Assembly (NCBI GenBank): GCA_038213805.1
Contig: JBBQSO010000002.1
Span: forward strand, 415-64,414
Direction of reading: 5' to 3'
DNA length: 64,000 bases
DNA from: Planctomycetota bacterium
GTDB taxonomy: Bacteria; Planctomycetota; UBA11346
In this document: in pieces, positions 19,923 through 29,920 of the stretch
Position numbering within the stretch: the first letter of the stretch is position 1
Layout: every line of letters starts with the position of its first letter
Program-made: the position numbers and the translations under genes
Notes under the pieces: generated by a model
Databases searched by the model: none
What the model was told of the DNA's origin: nothing
What the model saw: only the letters and a program-made list of their open reading frames with translations

Positions 19923-20555
19923 TCAGGAGGTGATGACGAGCAGGTCCCAGTGACCGGGCTGGTCGCCGCTCGGTCGCACCAGCTCGCCGAAATGGAAGAC
20001 GCGGCGGTCGTTGGCAAAGACCACCTCGCCCGTCTGCAGCTCGCGGCTGAAGATCGGCGGCTGGTCGCGCGCCGGGTAGATGCGCGTGGTGGCCCCCAGG
20101 ATGCGGAAGCGCTCGACGCAGAAGATGCCGATAAAATCGAAGCCGTCCTGGTGGATGCCCTCGGGCGCGGGCGCGCCGGCGAAGTCCGGCCCGCAACAGA
20201 TGCGGATCTGGTGCACGCCGATCTCGCGCAGTTCGGGATCGATGCCCATGAAGGCGATGAAGCGGGCGACCATGGTCTGGAAGGCGGGCATGGTGAGCAG
20301 GTCGTCCTCCAGCTCCTGGAATTCGCGCTTCATGCCGCCGGCAAGCTGGTTGACCGCTTTGCTCTGCAGGAAGTGCATGTGGCCCAGCCGCCGCAGGTGC
20401 TGAGCAGGACCAAGGAAGTGCGAAAAGCGGCGCCGGCGGAACACCCCGTTGATGTAGGGGTCGAGCGGCATGCAGTCATAGGACGCACGCAAGTCGGCAA
20501 AACCGTCGGTCGGCAGCCGTTCCAATGCATAGGTGAAGTCGGTGGGCCGTGCCAT
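19923..20555 (-). CDS. 2OG-Fe(II) dioxygenase family protein (PF10014 / 2OG-Fe_Oxy_2-like)
   Basis: About 211 aa from MARPTDFTYALERLPTDGFADL... (ATG rc 20553-20555); HxD...H-type facial triad context (GIHQDGFDFIGIFCV...RVFHFGE). Family assignment is by recollection of the motif pattern and should be verified. Confidence 0.5.
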   Translation of the reverse strand: MARPTDFTYALERLPTDGFADLRASYDCMPLDPYINGVFRRRRFSHFLGPAQHLRRLGHMHFLQSKAVNQLAGGMKREFQELEDDLLTMPAFQTMVARFIAFMGIDPELREIGVHQIRICCGPDFAGAPAPEGIHQDGFDFIGIFCVERFRILGATTRIYPARDQPPIFSRELQTGEVVFANDRRVFHFGELVRPSGDQPGHWDLLVITS

Positions 20556-20844
20556 GCGAGTTGTTTGGATTATACCCGGCGCTGAGGTGAGGATCCACTG
20601 CCAGCAGCGCAAGCCTGCGGAGCGCGAGGCGTTCATTGGCCGCAGGAGCACGTCTGGGGTTTCGCGACCGTGAAGCACACACGCCCGTTCCGCCTGAATG
20701 CTCTCAGTACGTAATTTCAGCAGCCATTTCCCCGAGATTCGGCACTTTACGAGGGGATCCATGCATTTTGCATGGGAACGATTTCGTTGACTTGAAATCC
20801 CTGGAAATTACAAGGGAATGTGCCACTTCCCAGCTGGAGACGCC

Positions 20845-21279
20845 ATGGCTGGCGCGCATCCCAACGTCCTCATCGTTGATGATAATCCTGGCGACATCCT
20901 CCTGATCAAAGAGGCGTTCGTGGGGAGCGCCATCACGCCGATCTGGCACGAGGCGCGCAACGCCGAGGACGCGGTCACTTTTTTCGAACGCCTTGAGAAA
21001 GCCGGTGTCCCCTGGAAGCCGGCGGTGGTCTTGCTGGACATGAGCATGCCCATCTTCAGAGGCATCCACGTGCTCGATTTCATCAAGAGCGCGGTCACAT
21101 GGCGCGAGGTACCGGTGGTGATCTGGACCTCGTCCGACGTGGCGAATGACAAAGAGAGTTGCCGGATATTCGGCGCGGACGGTTATTTCACCAAGCCAAT
21201 CGACCTGGATCGCTATCGCGAGACCCTGCACACGATCTTCCGGAAGTACCTTCGGGATGCGCGCATGGAGGCGACGTGA
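20845..21279 (+). CDS. Stand-alone response regulator receiver (CheY/Rcp1-like)
   Basis: Receiver motifs: VLIVDDNPGD, phospho-acceptor LLDMSMP, IWTSS, FTKP. GGAG lies 5 nt upstream of the ATG at 20845. Confidence 0.8.
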   Translation: MAGAHPNVLIVDDNPGDILLIKEAFVGSAITPIWHEARNAEDAVTFFERLEKAGVPWKPAVVLLDMSMPIFRGIHVLDFIKSAVTWREVPVVIWTSSDVANDKESCRIFGADGYFTKPIDLDRYRETLHTIFRKYLRDARMEAT

Positions 21280-21376
21280 CCCGCCGGGCCGCGCGACCCC
21301 ATGCGCGTCGTCAGCCGCGGTGCGGAATCCGCGGCATCACCGATCCGCCACGGGTGCGGACTGCGGGACCATCACC

Positions 21377-21817
21377 ATGAGCGACGCCCCCAAAGTCATG
21401 ATCATCGACGATAACCAGGGTGATCTCTTGCTGATCACCGAGACCCTGGCGGAATGCCACGATGCCGTCGAGGTGGAGGTGGTCCAGAACGCGGTCCAGG
21501 CGTACGAGTACTTCAGGGAGCTGAAGCGGCACGACGCCGCCGCGCGTCCCAGGCTGATCGTCCTCGATCTGAACATGCCCATCTATCGGGGCACCGAAGT
21601 CCTCTACTACCTGAAGCACGATCCAGATTTCCAGGCCATCCCCATCATCGTCTTCACCTCGTCCGCGGCGCCGAACGACCGCATGGAGTGCGAGATGCTC
21701 GGCGTCGACGAGTACATCCCCAAGCCGATGGAACTTGCCGGGTTCAAACACATCATCCATGCGATGAAGCGGAAGTACCTGGGCTGCTGCCACGAGACCG
21801 ATTGCTCGTTGGCCTGA
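21377..21817 (+). CDS. Stand-alone response regulator receiver (paralog of the preceding gene)
   Basis: VMIIDDNQGD, LIVLDLNMP, IVFTSS, IPKP motifs; ATG at 21377. Confidence 0.8.
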   Translation: MSDAPKVMIIDDNQGDLLLITETLAECHDAVEVEVVQNAVQAYEYFRELKRHDAAARPRLIVLDLNMPIYRGTEVLYYLKHDPDFQAIPIIVFTSSAAPNDRMECEMLGVDEYIPKPMELAGFKHIIHAMKRKYLGCCHETDCSLA

Positions 21818-22147
21818 TCGCCAGCAGGCGTCGAGTGGAGCCACGTGCGACGCGCGCCGCTGCACACGGCCCTGATCTCACTCTCGTCGCGCCACCGCAA
21901 CAGGCGGGTGCGTCGCCACCAGTACGACTTCCCAGGCGCGGTGAGGCAGCCTCGCGACGAGCAAGCTGCGCGGCGCAGCGACGAAAAATGGCCCGAGACA
22001 TCCAGGAGAACCGTGAACAGCACTGCCGTCGCGTGCCAAGACGTTGACTCACTCGCGGCCATGGGGTCCATGGCACTCCCGCCTTGCGTCTTGAGGCTGG
22101 CATCGCTTCGACTACCGTCGACATCTCCTACCCTGCCTGGAGATGCC

Positions 22148-24994
22148 ATGTTTGCGCTGTGCCGTACCTCGCTGCTGGTCGTGATGTTCCTTTCCGCCGC
22201 GCTGGCGGAGGATACCTGGGTGGCGGTGCCGCTCGCTGAGCTGCAGATCACCATGGGCGCGTGGCCGACGGCGCCGGATGGCGATGCCGGCGACGATTGG
22301 CGCCACGCGGATGAACTCGCCGAACGCCAGCCTTTCGCCACCTTGCCCGGGTCCGGCGAGGCCTACATCGTCAGCACCGACGCGGATGGGGAAGGCGATG
22401 CGGCCGCGCCGATCCGCGCCTGGGATGCGGTGCGCAAGGCGACCCTGGTGATGCGTGTCCCGGTCGGCCAGCCGGTCGCCGGGCGCCTGTTCGTGCCCAC
22501 CGGGGGCTGGGCCGGCATGGTCGCGCTCGGCTTCACCGTGCCGGTGCCCGCCGCAACCACCGACCACGCCGCGGCCCGCGCGGCCTTCGAGCGCGCCCGG
22601 TCGGCGCAGGTCCGCACCCTGCTCGCCACGGGCGCCGCTGGCGCCGCGTGGTTCCGCCACCGCGACACGGAAGCCCGCCTGGCCCTCGGGGTGGCGACCG
22701 GCGCGGACGCCGCCCCACGTAGCGGCGCGCGCGACCGCGACAGCGAGCTCGACGACACCTTCGCGCTGTTCAGCGGCAGCCGCGCGGTGGGCGAGAACCT
22801 GCAGCTCGACCGCATCCTGCCGCCCGGCATCGCGACCGGCGATGCCGTGGCGGTCGCCGATCTTACCGGCATCACCGTCGCGGCCATGGACTGGGCGCCG
22901 CTGCTCGCGGGCAAGAAGCCGCAGCTGGATGCGCTCGCGGCGCACATCCCGGCCGATCAGCACGCGTTGCTGTTCCCCTCGTTCGCCGCCATGACCGCCG
23001 CGATCGACGAGATCGACGCGCACGGTACCGCGCTCGGGCATGCGCTGGGCGCGCGCGCCGAGGACGCGCTCAGCCGCCAGCGCTACCAGCGCCAGCTGTG
23101 TCTGGAGATGAGCGAGCTCGCCCGCCGCTTCGGTCCGCAGGTGGTGGCGAGCATCGCCATGACCGGCTCCGATCCCTACCTGCGCGCGGGCTCGGACGTG
23201 GCCGTGCTGTTCGCGGCGACACAGCCACAGCTGCTGCGCACCTTCCTGGCCGCCAAGCTCGCCGCCACCGGCGACGCTGATGCCACCGTCACGCAGGGGC
23301 ACGGCACCACCGGCGCGCTGGCCTGGACCAGCGCGACCAATCCGGCACGCAGCGTCTGCGCCTACCTGACCAGCATCGGCGACACCGTGGTGGTCACCAA
23401 CTCGCCCGCCCAGCTCGAACGCCTCGCCGCGGTCGTCGCCGGTACCGAGCCGGCGCTGGCCAGCGCGCCCGAATACCGCTTCTTCCGCGATCGCTACGCC
23501 CTCGGCGAGCCCGAGACCGCGCTGCTGGTGGCGACCGACGCGGCGCTGCGCCGGTGGTGCGGTCCGCGCTGGCGCATCGCCGATTCGCGGCGCACGCGCG
23601 CGGCGGCGCTGCTCGCAGAACTGCAGAGCGCGCACATCGACGCGCTGGTCGCCGGCGCCAAGGCGACGCTGCCGGCGCCCGGCCCGGCCACCGCCGGCCT
23701 GGGCGAACTGAGTTGGACGCCGGGCGGCATCCGTTCGTCGGTCTACGGCACGCTCGCCTTCATGACCCCGATCGCCGAACTGGACATGGCGCGCGCGAGC
23801 AAGGCCGAGGCCGATGCCTATCAGCGCTTCCGCGACAGCTACCAGCGCAACTGGCGGGCCTATTTCGATCCGATCGCCGCGCGCTGCGTGCGCAGCGAAC
23901 ACGGCTTCGGCCTGGACCTGTCGGTGCTGCCGCTGATCGCCGCCAGCGACTACCAGCCGTTCATCGAGGTCGTCGGCAAGGCGGCGGTCGCGGCCGGCGC
24001 CGGCGATCCGCACCAGGGTGCGGCGATGCATTGGATCATGGCCATCGACAAGGATTCCCCGCGCGTGCAGGAGATCGGCACCATGGCCAGCCGCATGGTC
24101 CCGGGCCTGAAGATCGATCTGCTCGGCTGGCTGGGCCAGTCGCTGGCCGTCTATGCCGATGCCGATCCGGTATGGGCAGAGTTGCTGCAGCACCAGGATG
24201 ACGAGACGCGCTGGGTCGAGAAAAACTTCCAGCGCCTGCCCGTGGCCGTGCACGTCGAAGTCGCCAACCCGCTCAAGCTGACGCTGTTCCTCACCGCCGT
24301 GCACGGCTTCGTCGAGCAGAGCGCACCGGGCCTGTGCGTGTGGGAGAACCGCACCTGGCACGAGCACCCCTACGTGCGCGTCGGCATGTCCGAACAGGGG
24401 CGCCAGCAGGCCGGTGGGGACGTGGCGAACATGGGCCTGTGCTTCGCGGCCACGCCGCGCGCGCTGATCCTGACCATGGACGAAGCGCTGCTGCAGCGCG
24501 CCCTCGACCGCCAGGACCAGACCGCGAAGGCCCCCGCCGGCAAGGCGCCGCCGTGGCCGTGGCTCGGCACCAGCATGGACCAGTACGTCGACCAGGAAGG
24601 CATGACGCTGCTGCGCGGATTCTCGCGCGGCCTGCAGGAACGCGCGGGCGTCCTGCGCCGCCAGTCGTGGAGCAATTTGCCGATCCTCAACGTCTGGCAC
24701 CGCCTCTTCCCGGGCGAAGATCCGGTGGCCGTGCACGAACGGCTGTGGGGCGTGCGCCTGACCTGCCCGGCCGGCGGCAGCTACGTGTGGAACGCGCTGG
24801 ACCTGACCATGGAGAGCACCGCCTGCGGCCACCCCGGCGCGCCCAAGGCCACCGGAACCGCTGCGGATTTCCTCAGCGATATTGCCACCGCCAACTTCGG
24901 GGTGACGTTCGCGGACCATGGACTGCGGGCGCGGGTTGAGCTGGAGCGCGCGGCACCGGCGGCGGGGGCAGTGCCGGGGGGCACCAAGCCCTGA
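22148..24994 (+). CDS. Large hypothetical secreted Ala-rich protein
   Basis: Signal peptide MFALCRTSLLVVMFLSAALAEDTW; GGAG 7 nt upstream of the ATG at 22148. No recognised domain. The equally long antisense ORF is judged spurious. Confidence 0.6.
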   Translation: MFALCRTSLLVVMFLSAALAEDTWVAVPLAELQITMGAWPTAPDGDAGDDWRHADELAERQPFATLPGSGEAYIVSTDADGEGDAAAPIRAWDAVRKATLVMRVPVGQPVAGRLFVPTGGWAGMVALGFTVPVPAATTDHAAARAAFERARSAQVRTLLATGAAGAAWFRHRDTEARLALGVATGADAAPRSGARDRDSELDDTFALFSGSRAVGENLQLDRILPPGIATGDAVAVADLTGITVAAMDWAPLLAGKKPQLDALAAHIPADQHALLFPSFAAMTAAIDEIDAHGTALGHALGARAEDALSRQRYQRQLCLEMSELARRFGPQVVASIAMTGSDPYLRAGSDVAVLFAATQPQLLRTFLAAKLAATGDADATVTQGHGTTGALAWTSATNPARSVCAYLTSIGDTVVVTNSPAQLERLAAVVAGTEPALASAPEYRFFRDRYALGEPETALLVATDAALRRWCGPRWRIADSRRTRAAALLAELQSAHIDALVAGAKATLPAPGPATAGLGELSWTPGGIRSSVYGTLAFMTPIAELDMARASKAEADAYQRFRDSYQRNWRAYFDPIAARCVRSEHGFGLDLSVLPLIAASDYQPFIEVVGKAAVAAGAGDPHQGAAMHWIMAIDKDSPRVQEIGTMASRMVPGLKIDLLGWLGQSLAVYADADPVWAELLQHQDDETRWVEKNFQRLPVAVHVEVANPLKLTLFLTAVHGFVEQSAPGLCVWENRTWHEHPYVRVGMSEQGRQQAGGDVANMGLCFAATPRALILTMDEALLQRALDRQDQTAKAPAGKAPPWPWLGTSMDQYVDQEGMTLLRGFSRGLQERAGVLRRQSWSNLPILNVWHRLFPGEDPVAVHERLWGVRLTCPAGGSYVWNALDLTMESTACGHPGAPKATGTAADFLSDIATANFGVTFADHGLRARVELERAAPAAGAVPGGTKP

Positions 24995-25066
24995 GCAATG
25001 TCCGGTGACTTTCGGCAGATTTCCGAAATACGCGCAGGGCCCAGCCTTGCACATCGGACCAAAAGC

Positions 25067-26947
25067 TCATGGCCCTTCATGCTCGAGCCGCATGGCGATT
25101 TCGCGGGCGAATTCGCGTATCTTCCACTCGTCCCATCCAGCCTGCGGACAGGCATCCACGATTGGGCGCATGACCGCCAACGGCACCGCCCGGCTGCGCT
25201 TCAGGGCGGTCCACCATCCCCGGTCGGTGTCATCGCCGAAAAGGTCTCGCCACGGGATGGGTAGCCGCCGCAAGGCCTCGTCGGTGAACGCCACGAGCGC
25301 CGCATGGCGGACTCCACTGCAGGGACTGGCGAGCATGACCATGAGCAGACCCTCCTGCTCCGGGCTCGCTGCCGCTCCCCGGCCCTCCATCATCCGCGCC
25401 CAGAGTATCATCCGGCCCGGTGAGGAATCGGCACACACGAGACAGGGTGCCCGCTGCGCGCGACCGAGTTGGAATCCCGCGTTCTGGAGATTCCCGAGCC
25501 CAGAGAGGCCTCCGTCCGGTGCGTTGCCGCCAGAAGCCAGGCGATCCGCCACTGCGGCGATGATTTCCACGCAGCCATCTCCGCCGACCACTCCGGCGAG
25601 GTCGATCGCCGCACCGCGCACCTGCGGATCACTGCTGCCGAGCAGTGCGGGCAGCGCGGCCTCGATCAGCCGTTGCCCGGCTGCGTCCCAGGTCAGCGCG
25701 GCGCGGGCGTCCTGCAGGGCATCATTCATCAAGACCTGCTGCGAGTGCCCGGCGGCCGGCCGTGGCGCGCGTTCGCGCAAGCAGATCAGCGCGCGCTCCT
25801 GCACGCGCGGCCGTGGGTCGGCGACACAGGAGATCAGCACGTGGGTGGCCTCCGGCGTGTCGATGGAAGCGATGCCATCGACGACGGCCAAGACGCGTTC
25901 CAGAGCGGTGCCGCTGGTCAGGGCCTCGCGCAGCGCCGGCAGGAAGGATGGCTCGTGGAGGTGGGCGAGGAGGGGCCAGGAATCCTCCCACCGATCGGAA
26001 CTGAGTGCGGCGGCGACGACCCTGGCGATGCCTTCCGGTGTGGGCGGGTCGAGGATGAGGGTGAAATTCCCGGCCTTCGCGTACGTGCCGTTATCCGTCT
26101 GCAGGAGCGGAGCGCCAAACTCCAGGTTATGGTAGGCGGTCACGGTATAAGTCCCTGGACCCGGGAAGCGCAGGTAGGCACCGAGCATGACGACCTGGTG
26201 TTCGCTCTCGCCAGGCCTCAGATCACCCGCCCGCCCTAAACCACCAAAGCACACCTGCCGTGGTTCCGGATCCCATGCCGGCGCGCCATCGCTGCGCACG
26301 GCCGTGAAATGGAATTTCTGCGCCCGGCTTGCGCCGCGGTAATCACCGCCGAAACGAACGTGGAAATCGTCGCGGCCGTGATTGGCGACGATGAAATCGA
26401 CTCCTATCGGCGCACCGAGCATCGCCCGGGTCTGGTCCGGCAACGCCCCGACACTGATCCACAGAGGCGGTTCCTGGGTGGTGTCGACGCGGAACAGATC
26501 ACCAGTGCGCCCGACGCCACCATAAGCGAGGCGCAGGCGGTAGTTCCCGCGATGCGCGAAGCAGTCCTTGGCGTCCCAGGTGTACGACCCCTGCGCGGTG
26601 CTCGCTGAAATGATCATGGTCCCGGCTTTGCCCTCGACCGCCGGCCTCAGACTGCGGCTGGCGATGACCTCCCCGCCGGAAATTTCCTCCAGCACCAGAT
26701 CCCAGGCGCCCGAGACCAGGAGCTTGCCGTCATCACCAAGCAGCCGTCCTCTACAGGTGAAGTCCGACCGGTCTCTGGGCCGCAGCGTGATCTGCACCGG
26801 GAACGGCTCACCGAGTACGCCCGCCCACGGGTGGTCGATCTGCACGTGGAACGGCAGCGCCTGCCCGTAATCGCACTCGTGACGCTCGCTGCCATATGCA
26901 CCGGTGAGCAGCCAGGCGCACACCAGGATGAGAGCGGAGTAGCGCAT
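25067..26947 (-). CDS. Secreted protein with C-terminal HEAT/PBS-lyase-like repeats
   Basis: Signal peptide MRYSALILVCAWLLTGAYG; the C-terminal half has repeated units (SSDPQVRGAAIDLAGVVG, DPRPRVQERALICL...). Confidence 0.6.
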   Translation of the reverse strand: MRYSALILVCAWLLTGAYGSERHECDYGQALPFHVQIDHPWAGVLGEPFPVQITLRPRDRSDFTCRGRLLGDDGKLLVSGAWDLVLEEISGGEVIASRSLRPAVEGKAGTMIISASTAQGSYTWDAKDCFAHRGNYRLRLAYGGVGRTGDLFRVDTTQEPPLWISVGALPDQTRAMLGAPIGVDFIVANHGRDDFHVRFGGDYRGASRAQKFHFTAVRSDGAPAWDPEPRQVCFGGLGRAGDLRPGESEHQVVMLGAYLRFPGPGTYTVTAYHNLEFGAPLLQTDNGTYAKAGNFTLILDPPTPEGIARVVAAALSSDRWEDSWPLLAHLHEPSFLPALREALTSGTALERVLAVVDGIASIDTPEATHVLISCVADPRPRVQERALICLRERAPRPAAGHSQQVLMNDALQDARAALTWDAAGQRLIEAALPALLGSSDPQVRGAAIDLAGVVGGDGCVEIIAAVADRLASGGNAPDGGLSGLGNLQNAGFQLGRAQRAPCLVCADSSPGRMILWARMMEGRGAAASPEQEGLLMVMLASPCSGVRHAALVAFTDEALRRLPIPWRDLFGDDTDRGWWTALKRSRAVPLAVMRPIVDACPQAGWDEWKIREFAREIAMRLEHEGP

Positions 26948-27460
26948 GGAGTCGCCTCGGAGTCACTGGCGGATGCTCATTGTCCCACCAATCATGGACG
27001 CAGTCACGGACAGGTCTTGAACGCACCACAGCGCCCAAGGCTCACGACCACCTCTTCGCGACCCGGGCCCATGATCCGAGGGTTGAGCCTCACCCTGGTG
27101 CCCTGCGCAAGGCGCGGGTGTATAGTCTATGCATCCCCTTCGGAATTATGCAGTCCGCAGACCCGGACTGGAAGCATGTCCGCTCATGAAAGAGCGGAAT
27201 CGGATATAAAATGAACAGGACCAGCATGGATTGGAAACAGGCCCGCGAGCACAGCGGTTAGCCGAGGTCATGAGGAATTTGGATACAGTTCTTAGACTTA
27301 TCGAGTTTTGTAATTTTATATCTACAATATTTACAGACATTTATGATTGTTCCATAAAATATGAATCAATAAGTAAATACCAGGACACATTTTTCGACAC
27401 GCCGCAGGCTGATGTCCCATCCCTTTCCAGCTGTGGAACCCCTCTACCGTTAATAATGAC

Positions 27461-29908
27461 ATGAGCCCCAGAAACGCACATTCGCCGGTCATGGTCCTGC
27501 CCCACATCGGTAGCCGGTCGGGCAGTCTCGCGCTGGCCAGGTCGGGAGCGCGTTGCGCACTCCCGGCGGCCTGCCTGGTGGTGCTGCTGGCCTGTGCGGC
27601 CACCAGCCGGGCAGCAGAGGGCGGCATTGAGGCGCGGCGAGTGGCGGCGATCTCGTCCTACGACCATGACATCGCCCCCCTGCTGACCACCTGGTGCGGT
27701 GAGTGCCACCGCGCCGAGAAGCATAAGGACGACGTCGACTTCAGTGCCATCCACGGCGGCACGGCGGCCCTGGGCGAGCGCGACCTGTGGGGCAACGTCG
27801 CCACCAAACTCGCCCTGCAGGAGATGCCGCCCGAGAAGGCCAAACAGCCGTCCGACGACGAGCGCGCGCGCATCGCGGGCTGGATCACCTCGCTGCGCCG
27901 CCTCGATCCGCCGGATCCGGGCGTGATGGGCGTGCGCCGCCTCGCCCGGCAGGAATACGTCAACACCATCCGCGACCTCTTCCCTGGCTACAGCGGCGAT
28001 CCGGGCCAGGGCTTCCCCAGCGACCAGATCGGCGCGGGCTTCAACAACTCGCTCTCGCCACTGCTGATGGAGAAGATGCTGGTGGCCAGCGATGGCGTGC
28101 TCGACCAGATCATCGCCTCTGACCACGTCGAGATGCACTGGTCCGCGGCGCAGCTCGATGCGGTCGTCGACGGCAAGGAGGACGCGGCGAAGGGCGACGC
28201 GGACAAGGCCAAGGGCGGCGCGCGCACCTTCGCCGCCGCCGGGCACCTGACGGCGCCGCTGTCGCTGCCCGAGGCCGGCACCTACACCATCCGCGTGCGC
28301 GCCGGCGCCGACCAGGCGGGCAAGGAGCCCGTGCGCCTGATGATCGGACTCGATGGCGCGCTGCTCGGCGAGATCGCGGTGCTGGCGCGCACGAAGATGC
28401 CGGTGGCCTACACCTGCAAGGCCAAGCTGCCGGCCGGACCCGGCCACCTGACGGTGACGTTCATCAATCCCGCCACCGAGCCGGCGACGCTGACGACCGC
28501 CAGCGGCAAGTCCAAGCCCGGCGACGCACAGCTGAGGCCGCAGGTGCGTGCGGTGACCATCGAGAGCGTGGACCTGATCGGACCGCCCGCGGCCAAGCAG
28601 AGCGACGCGCAGCGACGCCTGTTCGTCGCCCAGCCGGGCAAGGACCTCGACAAGCGCGCCGCCGCGCGCCGCATCATCGAGGCCTTCGCCGCGCGCGCCT
28701 TCCGGCGGCCAGCCGACGCCGACGAGATCGACGGCCTGCTCAAGGTCTTCGACCTTGCCGACACCCAGGGCGAGGTGTTCTCGGAGGCGGTGAAGCTGAT
28801 GTTGAAGGCGACGCTGCTGTCGCCGCAGTTCCTCTTCCGACTCGCCGAGGACGGCGGCCAGGGCGCGCCGGTCGACGGCATGGTGGCGGTGGACGGCTGG
28901 GGCATGGCCTCGCGGCTGTCGTACTTCCTGTGGTCGAGCATGCCCGACGACGAGCTCTTCGCGGCGGCGCGGGATGGCAAGCTGGCCGATGCCGCCGCGG
29001 TCGCCGCGCAGGTACGGCGCATGATCAAGGATCCCAAGGCGCACGCGCTGATCGACAACTTCGCGGTGCCGTGGCTGGGCCTGGGCAACATCCTGACCCT
29101 GACCATCGACCAGAAGCGCTTCCCGCAGGTCACCCCGGCGCTGCGCCAGGCGATGGCCGATGAGCCGTTGATGCTGGTCGAGGCGGTGATGCGCGAAGAC
29201 CGCAGCCTGCTCGAACTGCTCGACTGCCGCTACACCTTCCTCAACCAGGCGCTGGCCGAGCACTACGGCATCAGCGGCGTCAGCGGCCCGCAGATGCGCA
29301 AGGTCGAGCTGAGCGATCCGCTGCGCGGCGGCGTGATGACCACGGCCGCGGTGCTGATGGTGACTTCAACGCCGACGCGCACCAGCCCGGTCAAGCGCGG
29401 CAAGTGGGTGCTCGAACAGCTGCTCGGCCAGGCGCCGCCACCGCCGCCCGCGAACGTCGCCGCGCTGGAAGCGCAGGACACCGCCGCCAATACCGCGCTG
29501 ACCCTGCGCCAGCGCACCGAGCGCCACCGCGCCGACCCGGTGTGCGCCGGTTGCCACCGCACCATGGACCCGATCGGCTTCGGGCTGGAGGTCTTCGACG
29601 TCAGCGGGCGCGTGCGCGACCACGACGACACCGGCGGCGTGGTCGACGCGCGCGGCGAATTGCCGGGCAGGGCGCGCTTCTCCGGCCCCGTCGAGCTCAA
29701 GCGCATCATCGCCGGACGCAGTGTCGAATTCACCCGCACCCTGACCACCAAGCTGTTGGCGTACGCGCTCGGCCGCGCGCTGACCGGCTACGACCAGGTG
29801 GTGGTCGACGACATCGCGGCCGCCGTCACCAAGGACGGCGGCAAATTCGATACGCTGCTGACGGCGATCGCCACCAGCCTGCCCTTCCGCTACCGCCGTC
29901 CCCGCTGA
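27461..29908 (+). CDS. DUF1592/DUF1587/DUF1588-family protein with c-type haem-binding motif (planctomycete 'PSD1'-like)
   Basis: Signal peptide; CxxCH motif near the N-terminus (WCGECHR); length and architecture typical of the PVC DUF1592 family. Immediately followed by a DUF1552 gene, its canonical partner. Confidence 0.75.
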   Translation: MSPRNAHSPVMVLPHIGSRSGSLALARSGARCALPAACLVVLLACAATSRAAEGGIEARRVAAISSYDHDIAPLLTTWCGECHRAEKHKDDVDFSAIHGGTAALGERDLWGNVATKLALQEMPPEKAKQPSDDERARIAGWITSLRRLDPPDPGVMGVRRLARQEYVNTIRDLFPGYSGDPGQGFPSDQIGAGFNNSLSPLLMEKMLVASDGVLDQIIASDHVEMHWSAAQLDAVVDGKEDAAKGDADKAKGGARTFAAAGHLTAPLSLPEAGTYTIRVRAGADQAGKEPVRLMIGLDGALLGEIAVLARTKMPVAYTCKAKLPAGPGHLTVTFINPATEPATLTTASGKSKPGDAQLRPQVRAVTIESVDLIGPPAAKQSDAQRRLFVAQPGKDLDKRAAARRIIEAFAARAFRRPADADEIDGLLKVFDLADTQGEVFSEAVKLMLKATLLSPQFLFRLAEDGGQGAPVDGMVAVDGWGMASRLSYFLWSSMPDDELFAAARDGKLADAAAVAAQVRRMIKDPKAHALIDNFAVPWLGLGNILTLTIDQKRFPQVTPALRQAMADEPLMLVEAVMREDRSLLELLDCRYTFLNQALAEHYGISGVSGPQMRKVELSDPLRGGVMTTAAVLMVTSTPTRTSPVKRGKWVLEQLLGQAPPPPPANVAALEAQDTAANTALTLRQRTERHRADPVCAGCHRTMDPIGFGLEVFDVSGRVRDHDDTGGVVDARGELPGRARFSGPVELKRIIAGRSVEFTRTLTTKLLAYALGRALTGYDQVVVDDIAAAVTKDGGKFDTLLTAIATSLPFRYRRPR

Positions 29909-29920
29909 CCGGAGTCCGCC

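Noticed and set aside
22112-25054. 980-aa minus-strand ORF antisense to the large secreted protein gene
   Set aside because: Arg/Gly/Ala/His-rich low-complexity translation typical of the antisense frame of high-GC genes; the plus-strand frame has a signal peptide, an RBS and balanced composition.
27341-29263. 640-aa minus-strand ORF opposite the DUF1592 gene
   Set aside because: Antisense artefact; the plus-strand gene has a CxxCH motif, a signal peptide and the conserved partner gene.
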